A DNA stretch of 32,000 bases from Pseudomonadota bacterium. GTDB lineage: Bacteria > Pseudomonadota > Alphaproteobacteria > Caulobacterales > Hyphomonadaceae. The stretch is taken from assembly GCA_038745855.1 (NCBI GenBank), contig JBCDLC010000028.1, forward strand, positions 10,476 through 42,475, given 5' to 3'. The first letter of the stretch is position 1; each line of letters begins with the position of its first letter. A model generated the notes under the pieces. That model ran no database searches, had not been told where the DNA came from, and worked only from the letters and a program-made list of their open reading frames with translations. Position numbers and translations under genes: made by a program. Shown piece after piece: positions 7,800-16,500 of this stretch.

Positions 7800-9140
7800 C
7801 TATCCCATGGGCTCAAGGGTTTCGACAAAGCGGACGGGCTGGCCGCCCCCTTTCCGCGTGATCTCGCCATCGGCCATCACGGTTTGACCGCGAATGATTG
7901 TACGAACCGGCCAGCCCGTGCATTCGGTGCCGTCATAGGGGGTCCATCCGCACTTCGAGGCGCTATCCTCGGCGCGGATGGTTTCCTTGCGCTTCAGATC
8001 GACCACAGTGAAATCGGCATCATAGCCCTCTGCGATGCGGCCCTTGTTCGCGATGCCAAACACGCGCTGGGGCCCGGCACTCGTCAGCTCCACAAAGCGG
8101 CGAAGTGTGAGTTTTCCCTCGTGGACATGGTTCAGCATGATGGGCACGAAGGTTTGCACGCCAGGCGTTCCGGATGGGGAGGCTGGATACGGACGGGCCT
8201 TCTCCTCCTTGGTGTGGGGCGCATGGTCGGTGGCCAGCACATCGACAATGCCGGCATCCAGCGCCCGCCACAGCGCGGCCCTGTGGTGGGCTTCCCGGAT
8301 AGGCGGGTTCTGTTGGGCGTAGGCCTTGAGCCGATCATAACAATCGGGTGCTGCCAATGTCAGGTGATTGGGAAGGACTTCCACGCTGGCGACGTCCTTG
8401 GCCTCCCGCAGCAATTCCATTTCCTCGGCGGTCGAAATGTGGAGCACGTGGATCCGCTTACCGGTCTTCCGGGCAAGCTTGAGCAGACGGCGCGTGGAGC
8501 TGACGGCCGCCTCAACATCGCGCACGATGATGTGGGAATTCCAGTCGCCCTGCACCGCGAGGTCCCGGCGCTCGGTAAGCCGGTACTCATCCTCTGAATG
8601 GAAAGCGGCGCGCCGTTTGATGGCCCGCAGCACACGCTCCACCCCTTCGTCGCTTTCCACCAGCAAGGAACCGGTCGATGCGCCCATGAAGACTTTCACG
8701 CCGCAACAGCCAGTCATACGCTCCATTTCGGGCAGGATGTCGGCGTTCTCATTCGTCGCGCCAGCATAGAAGGCATGGTCCACATCCATGCGACCCGCAG
8801 CCCTCTCCAGTTTGTCTTTCAGCATGTCCGGCGTTGTGGTCGTCGGTTCGGTGTTCGGCATCTCAAACACCGCGGTGATCCCGCCCAGCGCAGCGGAGCG
8901 GGCGCCGGACTCAAGATCCTCTTTCCATTCAAGACCGGGCTCTCGGAAATGTACCTGGCTGTCAATCACGCCGGGAAGGATGTGCAGGCCCGCGCAGTCG
9001 ATGGTTTCCGCAGCGCTGGCCGTTGCATGGTCACCGATGGCGGCGATCTGTCCGTCAATCACGCCGATGTCTGCGGGGCCTTCGCCACCTGGCGTGACGA
9101 GCGTGCCGCCCTTGAGCAGCAGGTCATAGATCTGGGTCAT
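7800..9140 (-). CDS. pyrC: Dihydroorotase (cyclic amidohydrolase superfamily)
   Basis: LPGVIDSQVHFREPG metal-binding HxH motif, VKVFMGASTG, HSED, ATDHAPH and the GYDADFTVVD C-terminal pattern. At 446 aa it fits the class I, multifunctional-complex-type DHOase. Allantoinase or dihydropyrimidinase cannot be excluded without a search. Confidence 0.75.
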   Translation of the reverse strand: MTQIYDLLLKGGTLVTPGGEGPADIGVIDGQIAAIGDHATASAAETIDCAGLHILPGVIDSQVHFREPGLEWKEDLESGARSAALGGITAVFEMPNTEPTTTTPDMLKDKLERAAGRMDVDHAFYAGATNENADILPEMERMTGCCGVKVFMGASTGSLLVESDEGVERVLRAIKRRAAFHSEDEYRLTERRDLAVQGDWNSHIIVRDVEAAVSSTRRLLKLARKTGKRIHVLHISTAEEMELLREAKDVASVEVLPNHLTLAAPDCYDRLKAYAQQNPPIREAHHRAALWRALDAGIVDVLATDHAPHTKEEKARPYPASPSGTPGVQTFVPIMLNHVHEGKLTLRRFVELTSAGPQRVFGIANKGRIAEGYDADFTVVDLKRKETIRAEDSASKCGWTPYDGTECTGWPVRTIIRGQTVMADGEITRKGGGQPVRFVETLEPMG

Positions 9141-9170
9141 GCACGCCTTATGACGCGAAAGGCAGGGATA

Positions 9171-9596
9171 TCAAATCCCGAATACGGCCAACACCGATGC
9201 GATGGCGGCCACGATGCCGAACATCAACGAGAACCAGACAGCGACAACCCTCTGGGTTTTCTTGCGCTGACGAACACCAGGCGGGGCTTCCTTCTTCTTG
9301 CGGCGGGCAAGGGTCCAGGTGTTTGAGAAGAAGCCAATCGCGGCGAGAACCGAGAGTATGGCCGCACCATACGCTTGGCCCAGCATCGCAAATGCGGCAG
9401 CCGCAAGAAGTATTCCGGCGATTTGCGGGGAGCTTGCAACGAGAAGTTCTCGCACATGACCGTCTGCTCGGGAGTAGTCGAGCCGGTCGAAAGAGCAATT
9501 GGGGGCAGCCACGGTGACAATCCAAGCAGCCCCGGTGGCAAGACCCGCAAGTGCCGCCGATAAGCCTGCCGACACGGTATAAATTGTTTCAAACAT
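9171..9596 (-). CDS. Hypothetical integral membrane protein (about 4 TM segments)
   Basis: From the internal Met: MFETIYTVSAGLSAALAGLATGAAWIVTV...ILLAAAAFAMLG...ILSVLAAIGFF...RRKKKEAPPGVRQRKK...VAVWFSLMFGIVAAIASVLAVFGI. Start choice is uncertain because there is no clear SD. The longer track ORF (to 9710) would overlap the divergent EamA gene start. Confidence 0.45.
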   Translation of the reverse strand: MFETIYTVSAGLSAALAGLATGAAWIVTVAAPNCSFDRLDYSRADGHVRELLVASSPQIAGILLAAAAFAMLGQAYGAAILSVLAAIGFFSNTWTLARRKKKEAPPGVRQRKKTQRVVAVWFSLMFGIVAAIASVLAVFGI

Positions 9597-9700
9597 GCTC
9601 GCGTTGTCGACGGATTCGCTATTCGAGGGCGAGAGACATCCCTTGTCGGCTTGGCGCGAACAGGACTTGACATGAAAAGGGCGCTCCGGGAGGAGGGCCG

Positions 9701-10606
9701 ATGTCCGCACCCTCTCCCATCGTCATCGCTGCGTTTGGCGTGTTTTGCGGATGTGCGATCGACGTTTTCGTGAAAGCGTTGTCCGCATCGATCCCCGTGC
9801 TCGAATTGACCGTGTGGCGCTTCGTCTTCGGGGGGCTGATCGCGCTTGGCATTTTCATTGCCTGGCGCCGGTCATGGCCGACATGGGAAGCCTGGCGGTT
9901 TCACACGATGCGCGGTGTCGTTCACCTTGGGGCCGCGTTGCTTTTCTTCTACTCCTTGACCCAGCTTGGCCTGGCAGAGGCCACGGTGATCGGCTTCACG
10001 GCGGCGCTGATGATCGCGCCGATTGCGCGGGTCTTGCTTGGGGAACGATTTGGTACGCTGACAATCGTGGCGACGGTGATTGGCTGCCTGGGAGCGTTGC
10101 TGACCGCATCGGGTCCGACGCCCGGGGGGCCGCCGGATGGCGAACGCGTCCTGGGTACGGCGGCCGTCCTCGGGTCAGCGCTCTGCTATGCGACATCTGT
10201 GGTCCTTCTGAGAATGCGCGCACAGAAGGAGGACGCATTGACCATTGTGATGCTGGCCAATGTCCTTCCCGGGCTGATCGGTTTGCCGTTGCTGCTCATG
10301 GCTGATCCCACGCTGGATCCCGATGTTGTACCATCCCTTATCATGCTGGGATTTTTCGGCCTTGGAATCTGGTGGCTGTTCACGTTGGCTTATGCGCGTG
10401 CACCGGCTCAGAAACTTGCGCCGGTCGAGTACACGGCCGTGATCTGGAGTGCACTTTTTGGCGCCCTGATCTTCGGCGAAGTCCCCGGCTGGACACTCTA
10501 TGCCGGCGCGAGCATCATTGTGGCCGCGTGTCTACTGGCAGGTTTCGAGGATAGTTTGCTTCACGCCATTCGTCGTCGACAGTCTCAAACACCAAGGCAA
10601 CATTAG
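9701..10606 (+). CDS. DMT superfamily transporter (EamA/RhaT family, about 10 TM)
   Basis: Two-fold repeated hydrophobic architecture of 301 aa. Typical EamA stretches are present, e.g. LTVWRFVFGGLIALGIFIAW and APVEYTAVIWSALFGALIFGEVP. Confidence 0.8.
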   Translation: MSAPSPIVIAAFGVFCGCAIDVFVKALSASIPVLELTVWRFVFGGLIALGIFIAWRRSWPTWEAWRFHTMRGVVHLGAALLFFYSLTQLGLAEATVIGFTAALMIAPIARVLLGERFGTLTIVATVIGCLGALLTASGPTPGGPPDGERVLGTAAVLGSALCYATSVVLLRMRAQKEDALTIVMLANVLPGLIGLPLLLMADPTLDPDVVPSLIMLGFFGLGIWWLFTLAYARAPAQKLAPVEYTAVIWSALFGALIFGEVPGWTLYAGASIIVAACLLAGFEDSLLHAIRRRQSQTPRQH

Positions 10607-10625
10607 CTTGGCTAACTGTGCGGGC

Positions 10626-11276
10626 TTAGCTGTCAGCTTCGTTGCGCCACACGGATCGAACCTTTGCATCCCGTTTGCAGGCTTCCCGGTAGAAATTGTA
10701 TCGGATCGGTTCTTTCAGGTAATAGTCCTGATGGTAGTCCTCAGCCACGTAGAACGGCTGTGCAGCCTCAATACGCGTAACGACAGGTCCGGGAAGGACG
10801 CCTGACGCCTCGATCGCGGCCTTTTCCGCATTGGCTGCTTCGGACTGCGCGTCATCGGCGGTGAAGACCGCCGTGGTGTAGCTGTTTCCACGGTCGCAGA
10901 ACTGGCCGCCCGCATCGGTGGGGTCGATATGGCGGAAGAAATAGGAAACCAGCCGTTCATAGCTGACCTTAGACGGGTCGAAGGTGACTTTGACCGCCTC
11001 AAGGTGACCATCCTTACCATGGGATTTGTACGTGGGATTGATCGTCTGTCCGCCGGTGTAGCCGGACACGGTATCAATCACGCCATCGACCTTGTCGAAG
11101 TCCGATTCAACGCACCAAAAACACCCCCCCGCAAAGATGGCGGTTTCCGTCTGTCCCACGGTCTCCACTTCTAGGGCCGTATTCTGCGCACCTGCAGAGG
11201 CGCTGAACATCGCGATTGCAGCGGCTGCGCTCGCCACGAGGGCTGCCATGGAGAAGCTTGGACGATCGTTTCGCAT
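10626..11276 (-). CDS. msrA: Peptide-methionine (S)-S-oxide reductase MsrA with an N-terminal signal peptide
   Basis: AIFAGGCFWCVESDFDKVDGVIDTVSGYTGG is the MsrA active-site signature (GCFWC type), and DYHQDYY lies near the C-terminus. It is preceded by MRNDRPSFSMAALVASAAAAIAMFSASAGA-QN, a signal-peptide-like segment. Start placed at ATG 11274..11276; the track ORF extends to 11345. Confidence 0.85.
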   Translation of the reverse strand: MRNDRPSFSMAALVASAAAAIAMFSASAGAQNTALEVETVGQTETAIFAGGCFWCVESDFDKVDGVIDTVSGYTGGQTINPTYKSHGKDGHLEAVKVTFDPSKVSYERLVSYFFRHIDPTDAGGQFCDRGNSYTTAVFTADDAQSEAANAEKAAIEASGVLPGPVVTRIEAAQPFYVAEDYHQDYYLKEPIRYNFYREACKRDAKVRSVWRNEADS

Positions 11277-11422
11277 GGGCGTCGAAATCCTGTTTTCTGC
11301 CACCGGCATATGATGTGGTTTGCCCTCGAATGCGAGGGGTTTCACACAGCGATAACGCTGTTGTCATGACGTGGTGTTTCGCAAATGCAACATATCCAAG
11401 CAACGCTTGGCCATTGCACGCC

Positions 11423-13552
11423 TTATGCGGGTGGGGCGCCAATCACACGCACGCGCACATTGCTTCGGCGTCCTTCGCGATCTACGGCCGACACCGTATA
11501 GAAGCCGGAACGGCTCGGCGCCCATGACGGGGCATGGCCGTCATCGAGTGGCACAGCCACACCATCAACATACCAATCCAGAGGCCCCTCGCCGCGTCCA
11601 GAGAAGACAAATGCCCGCGATGGTTTGCCATCGATGGAACCGGCCCAAAGTTCGGCGTCGCGCGGCGGGAACAGTATATCGGGCGGTGTTCCGCGCTTCT
11701 CGAAAGTGCTCAACGTAACAGGCGGCGCCGCAAGGGCAGACGACTGCTCCATTGATGTCCATGGCCGAGTTTCCCGGCGAAGGGTGCGGCCGGCAAGGTC
11801 TGCGACATCGAAAAGGATCGGCAGCGCTGCCGTGCGTCCCGTTTCGCCGGGCCTGGGCGCCCCATCGGCGCGTCCCACCCAGACAACGATCGCTGTATCG
11901 CCGGAGAGACCCGCCGCCCACGCATCTCGAAAACCGTAAGAGGTGCCCGTCTTGAAGGCGAGCTTTGGTGCGCCGGTCGTCAGCCTGGCAGGCATGCGGC
12001 CTTCGGGCGGCGGCGTACCGGCCAGCACATCGACGATCTGCTCTGCGCTGGCGCGCGACATCAGCCTTTGACCCGGTGCTTCGCGTGACAGAGGAACATG
12101 GTCTGCTTGCCAAACCAGCGGTTTGGCGACCCCGCCATCTCCCAGAGCGGCGTAAAGCACACCAATATCGCGCACGGTCATGCCCGCGCCCCCAAGGGCA
12201 AGTGCCAAACCGGCCTCACCATCGAGCGGTCCACTGATGCGGGGCTGGGCACCTCCAGCGGACAAAACCGAGGCGAACCTCGCTGGCCCCACCTCTGCCA
12301 GCGCCAGGACAGCAGGCACGTTCAATGAATGCTGCAGGGCGTCGGAAATGGTGACATCGCCTCGGAAGCTCCTGTCAAAGTTTTCCGGTTGATAGGCATC
12401 AAACCGTCTGGGCAGATCGCCGATTTTTGTGCCCGGCGCAGCGAGACCATCATCGAACGCCAATCCATAGATGAACGGTTTCAGGGTCGAGCCCGGTGAG
12501 CGCGCCTGGGCCGTCAGATCGATCCATCCGCCGGGTCGGTCCCGGCCGACCGATCCCACACTTGCGAGCACTGCGCGTGTCGGCACATCGATCACCATGA
12601 CGGCCGCCTGCACAGCGTCGGGCCAAGGCTCACGCGCTTCCGCCATCAAGGCTTCCAGGCTGGTCTGTAGTCGGCCGTCCAGCGTCGCCTGCAGGTCTAT
12701 ACGGGGCTTGGAACCAACGCGCGCAGCCGCAGCAGCGTGCCACGCCCGGTCCGGGAATGGTGTCCGACTGGCAAGAACGTCCAGCTTCGCAACGTCTGCG
12801 CCCTGTTCGGGCGTGAACACTCCGGCCCGAACCAGCTTTCTTACGACGCTGTCCCGCCCGGCTTTTGCACCCTTCGGCCTCCGATCCGGCCGTCTGGCTT
12901 CCGGCGCCTGGGGCAGCGCGACGAGCAGCACGATCTGATCATCGGACAGCCTATCCGGCTCAGTACCGAAATATCGCCAGCTCGCCGCTCGAATGCCCTC
13001 CAGGTTCCCGCCATAGGGCGCCAGCGTGAGGTAAAGTTCCAGGATCTCGTCTTTTGACAGGCGCGCCTCCAATTGGTGCGCCCTGATTATTTCAATGAAC
13101 TTGGATGTCAGCGTTCGCGGCCGTGGCTCCAGCAACCGGGCGGTTTGCATCGTGATTGTGGAACCACCCGAAACGATTTCACCGGCCTTGAGAGACGTGA
13201 ACCCGGCCCGCGCAAGGCCGACCCAGTCGACCCCCCAATGGCGCCGGAAACGCCTGTCTTCGACCGCCAGCAACGCGTCCACAAAGGCAGGGTCGACCGT
13301 TTCAATATCGGCGGGAAACCGCCAGTAGGCCCCCGTTGCCGGGAAAGCACGCAAGGGCCTTCCGTCACTGTCTGTCACCCACTGGGAAAGGCTCTGTGCA
13401 CGGGTCAGGTCCGGCGGGAACATCCGATCGAGTCCTACGCCAGACATAACCACGATCGCGAGCGCGACGAACGCGCGCCGCCAGGACAGATGCCGTCCCA
13501 AGGCGCCGATCATGATGACGCGCCAATCATGGCGCGCCGCCTGGTCCTTCAT
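11423..13552 (-). CDS. pbpC: Penicillin-binding protein 1C (bifunctional glycosyltransferase/transpeptidase)
   Basis: GT51 motifs are present (LLAVEDRRFRRHWGVD, GGSTITMQTARL), as are the transpeptidase SxxK (SPGSTLKP), SLN and KTGTS motifs, with a C-terminal PbpC-type domain. It lies immediately downstream of an alpha-2-macroglobulin gene, the classic pairing. An alternative start at ATG 13513 would remove the 26-nt overlap with the upstream stop. Confidence 0.9.
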   Translation of the reverse strand: MKDQAARHDWRVIMIGALGRHLSWRRAFVALAIVVMSGVGLDRMFPPDLTRAQSLSQWVTDSDGRPLRAFPATGAYWRFPADIETVDPAFVDALLAVEDRRFRRHWGVDWVGLARAGFTSLKAGEIVSGGSTITMQTARLLEPRPRTLTSKFIEIIRAHQLEARLSKDEILELYLTLAPYGGNLEGIRAASWRYFGTEPDRLSDDQIVLLVALPQAPEARRPDRRPKGAKAGRDSVVRKLVRAGVFTPEQGADVAKLDVLASRTPFPDRAWHAAAAARVGSKPRIDLQATLDGRLQTSLEALMAEAREPWPDAVQAAVMVIDVPTRAVLASVGSVGRDRPGGWIDLTAQARSPGSTLKPFIYGLAFDDGLAAPGTKIGDLPRRFDAYQPENFDRSFRGDVTISDALQHSLNVPAVLALAEVGPARFASVLSAGGAQPRISGPLDGEAGLALALGGAGMTVRDIGVLYAALGDGGVAKPLVWQADHVPLSREAPGQRLMSRASAEQIVDVLAGTPPPEGRMPARLTTGAPKLAFKTGTSYGFRDAWAAGLSGDTAIVVWVGRADGAPRPGETGRTAALPILFDVADLAGRTLRRETRPWTSMEQSSALAAPPVTLSTFEKRGTPPDILFPPRDAELWAGSIDGKPSRAFVFSGRGEGPLDWYVDGVAVPLDDGHAPSWAPSRSGFYTVSAVDREGRRSNVRVRVIGAPPA

Positions 13553-16500
13553 CCCGTCGCGCGATGGTCACCCGTCCCGGTGCTGACCGTGCGAACACGT
13601 CTGGCCGGTACATGTCTTCGGCCACCGCGCCAGGTATGGCGAAGTCACCGGGCGTCACCGCACGTACAATGTACGCAAGCGTCTCTGGCGTATCCCGCAG
13701 GTCTACGGCAGCGATGAAGCGGTCGTCACGGGCCTCGGCCGTTTTCGCATCCGCAAGGGAGCCGAGCCATGCGAAGGCACCATCATCTTCAAACTCCCGT
13801 TCCCCGTCCGAGGGCCGCAGCAACGTCTCGATCTCGAATCCCGCCGGCAGAAGATCCGCCACGATCACAGGATTGGTTCGCCTTTCCTCCGGATCCAGCC
13901 GGATCGACACCACAACCTGGTCGCCTTGGCGGAGATCCGACAGGGACACCCGCTCACCGGAAAGCGTGGCGAAAGACTTGGAGATCCCTAGTCGGTTAGA
14001 CGCCGCATCCGGAGCATCGCTCGGCGCACCGCTGATGAGGATGCTGCGGAAGACCGGCGCCGCCCCATCGTAGGTGAACGTGACGTCCTCAGAGATTTGG
14101 GCTTCAGAGACGAAGTAGCGCCGGTCATTGTCGTTGCCCCGGCCAAGGCCCTCGACATCCAGTTCAAAGCCGCCCGTACCTGCGCCGCCATTCAGGGCGT
14201 TTACGGCTGTCAGCAGGAATGCCTTTTCCTGGGTCGACAAGCCGACGGGGTCCGGAGCGTCGGTCCCAATGGCCTCCACCAGGCGCGCGGCGGTCTCGTC
14301 GAAATCAGCCTCGACGGCGAGAGCGAGGATACCGGCCCGGTCGCGCAGCGGAGATTGGTAGTAGTCGCCGTCATTTTCATACCCAAGCACTTCCTCTGCA
14401 GCGGCAAACGCGCTTTGTGCCCGAGACCGGTCACCCATGGATGCCAGTCCCGCTCCCAGGTGTGCCCTTGCGAGGGGGCTGTCGAGTTCAGCCATCCCGC
14501 GGTCGTGCAGATAGCGGAGGCGAGAGAGATCAGCCTCTCCGCTTCGGGCGAGCACATAGAGCGCGTACGCGCTGGCGCGGGTCATCATCCGAGCTTGGGT
14601 GTCGTCGTGCCAATCGCCTTCATAAACGTCCGTGTCGTACCCATAGACACGCCACGCATCGCCCGTTGCGACGCTGCGCATCGCCGCATATGCGCGATCC
14701 AAGGCCTCATCGGGAACCGCGTAGCCCGCCAGTTTGGCCCTGTGCAGGAAATCGGTCGTGTATGCGCCCAGCCAGGGCGAAGCATGGCCATCGCCCTCAC
14801 GCCAGAGGCCAAACGCACCATCCCCGCTTTGCCGGTTCAGGATACGGCTCACCGCTTCCTGAACCCTCGCGCGGGTCTGATCACTCCCATCATCGGCCCC
14901 GAAGGCGACCAACTGGTCCGAATAAAGAAGAGGCAAAGCACGGCTCACAGTCTGCTCGGTGCAGCCGTAGGGATACTGTGACAGGGACGCATAGAGCGCG
15001 TTTGCATCGACGGGAACGCTGGAGAAGCTGACTGTCATCCCGATGGAGCCGGGCTCCAACCCGTCCACCAGATCTCGCGAGAGGACGAAGGTTTCGCCAG
15101 GTGACATCGTCTCCGTGATCACCCGCGTTTCGGGCAGGTAAGGCGAGCGAGTTTCAAGCAGGTATTCCCGGTCAACGGCGAAATTGTCCGGTCCCTGCAC
15201 CGACAACCTCAGCCTGCTGATCCCTTCATTGTCGGCCGTTAACGGCACCGGTACGTCGGCCCGGGCCCCCTCCGGCAGTGTGCGGGAGACCGTATCCAAA
15301 CCGGCGGAGACCGGTCCCGCCGAAGCAATCGAGGCGTCGAACGCACCGCCCGTGAGTTCGACATTATCGATGGTCGCTGTCACCGTCGCCTGATCACCTG
15401 GGGCCAGGAAGCGCGGCAGGACAAGTTCGGCCGGCGCAGGGTCGCGGACCGTGATCGGCTGGGAGGCAGCACCGAGCCCCTCATTGGACCACGCCACCGC
15501 CATGAGGCGCAGCTCGCCATTGAAATCGGGCACATCGAAGCGGACTTTTGCCGTGCCGGCGCGGCCCACATCCACTTCACCAGAGAAAAGCGACACCGTT
15601 TTCACCGGCACAACGGAAAGCCCTTCACCGCCAAGTTGGTCACCCCCCGTTCGCACTTCGGCGGGCAGGCCGAGGTTTGGGTCGAGCAAGCGGCCGTAAT
15701 CATCGTGGAGCGCAACACCCAGCGCCTTCTTGCCGAAGAAATACGCCACAGGGTCGGGACTCTGGTATTTGGTGAGGTTCAAGATGCCCTCATCAACAGC
15801 GGCCAGTGTCAGAAAGACCCCTTCACGCGGGCCACCATCGATCTCCACTTCAATCAGCTGTTCCCGCCTCGGCCGGATCACGTCGGGCGCGTTGATCGAA
15901 AGGTCGAAGGTCCGCGGCGCCATATCCACGGGCGCATAGGCGACGCCGACGGCCCGTCTCGGTTTCGCCGCCAGAACGGGCTCACGCTCGGTGAACACAT
16001 TCACCATGATATAGGCGCCTTCGCCCCAATCATCGCTGACCGGCAGGCTGAGCCGTGTTCCCTCGGCGGTCACGGGCCGGGTTTCCACGGCGATGATCCG
16101 GTCGGTTGCGATCACGATCTGCGCTTCGCCATCGTAGGGCGGCACGATGGTGATCTCGGCATTCCGGCCGGGCCGGACCGTCTCGTCGACAACAGACACC
16201 TGGACGCGATCTGGCGCTTCCACGCCATCATCTGAGACGTAGCCGCCCCAACCCACCCAGAAGCTTCGGCTTGCTTCCGAACCGTCAGGCCCTTCGATGA
16301 CAAGCTCATGCTGACCCCATTCAAGACCTTCGACCGGTATTTCCGCGCTGCCGCCATCTGGGGTCGCCACTGTCCCTTCATTGACGGTGGTGACCGTTCG
16401 AGACCGGCGCCAACGCCAGTTTCCGTCCTCACGGTACCAATCGTAGTGGTAGTCGATCGACAAAAGCTTCCAATTCAGGTCAGCGGCCGCTGCATTGCCG

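Noticed and set aside
7776-9326. Plus-strand ORFs of 273 aa (7776..8597), 242 aa (8598..9326) and smaller.
   Set aside because: They are antisense to the dihydroorotase gene, whose metal-binding motifs are unambiguous.
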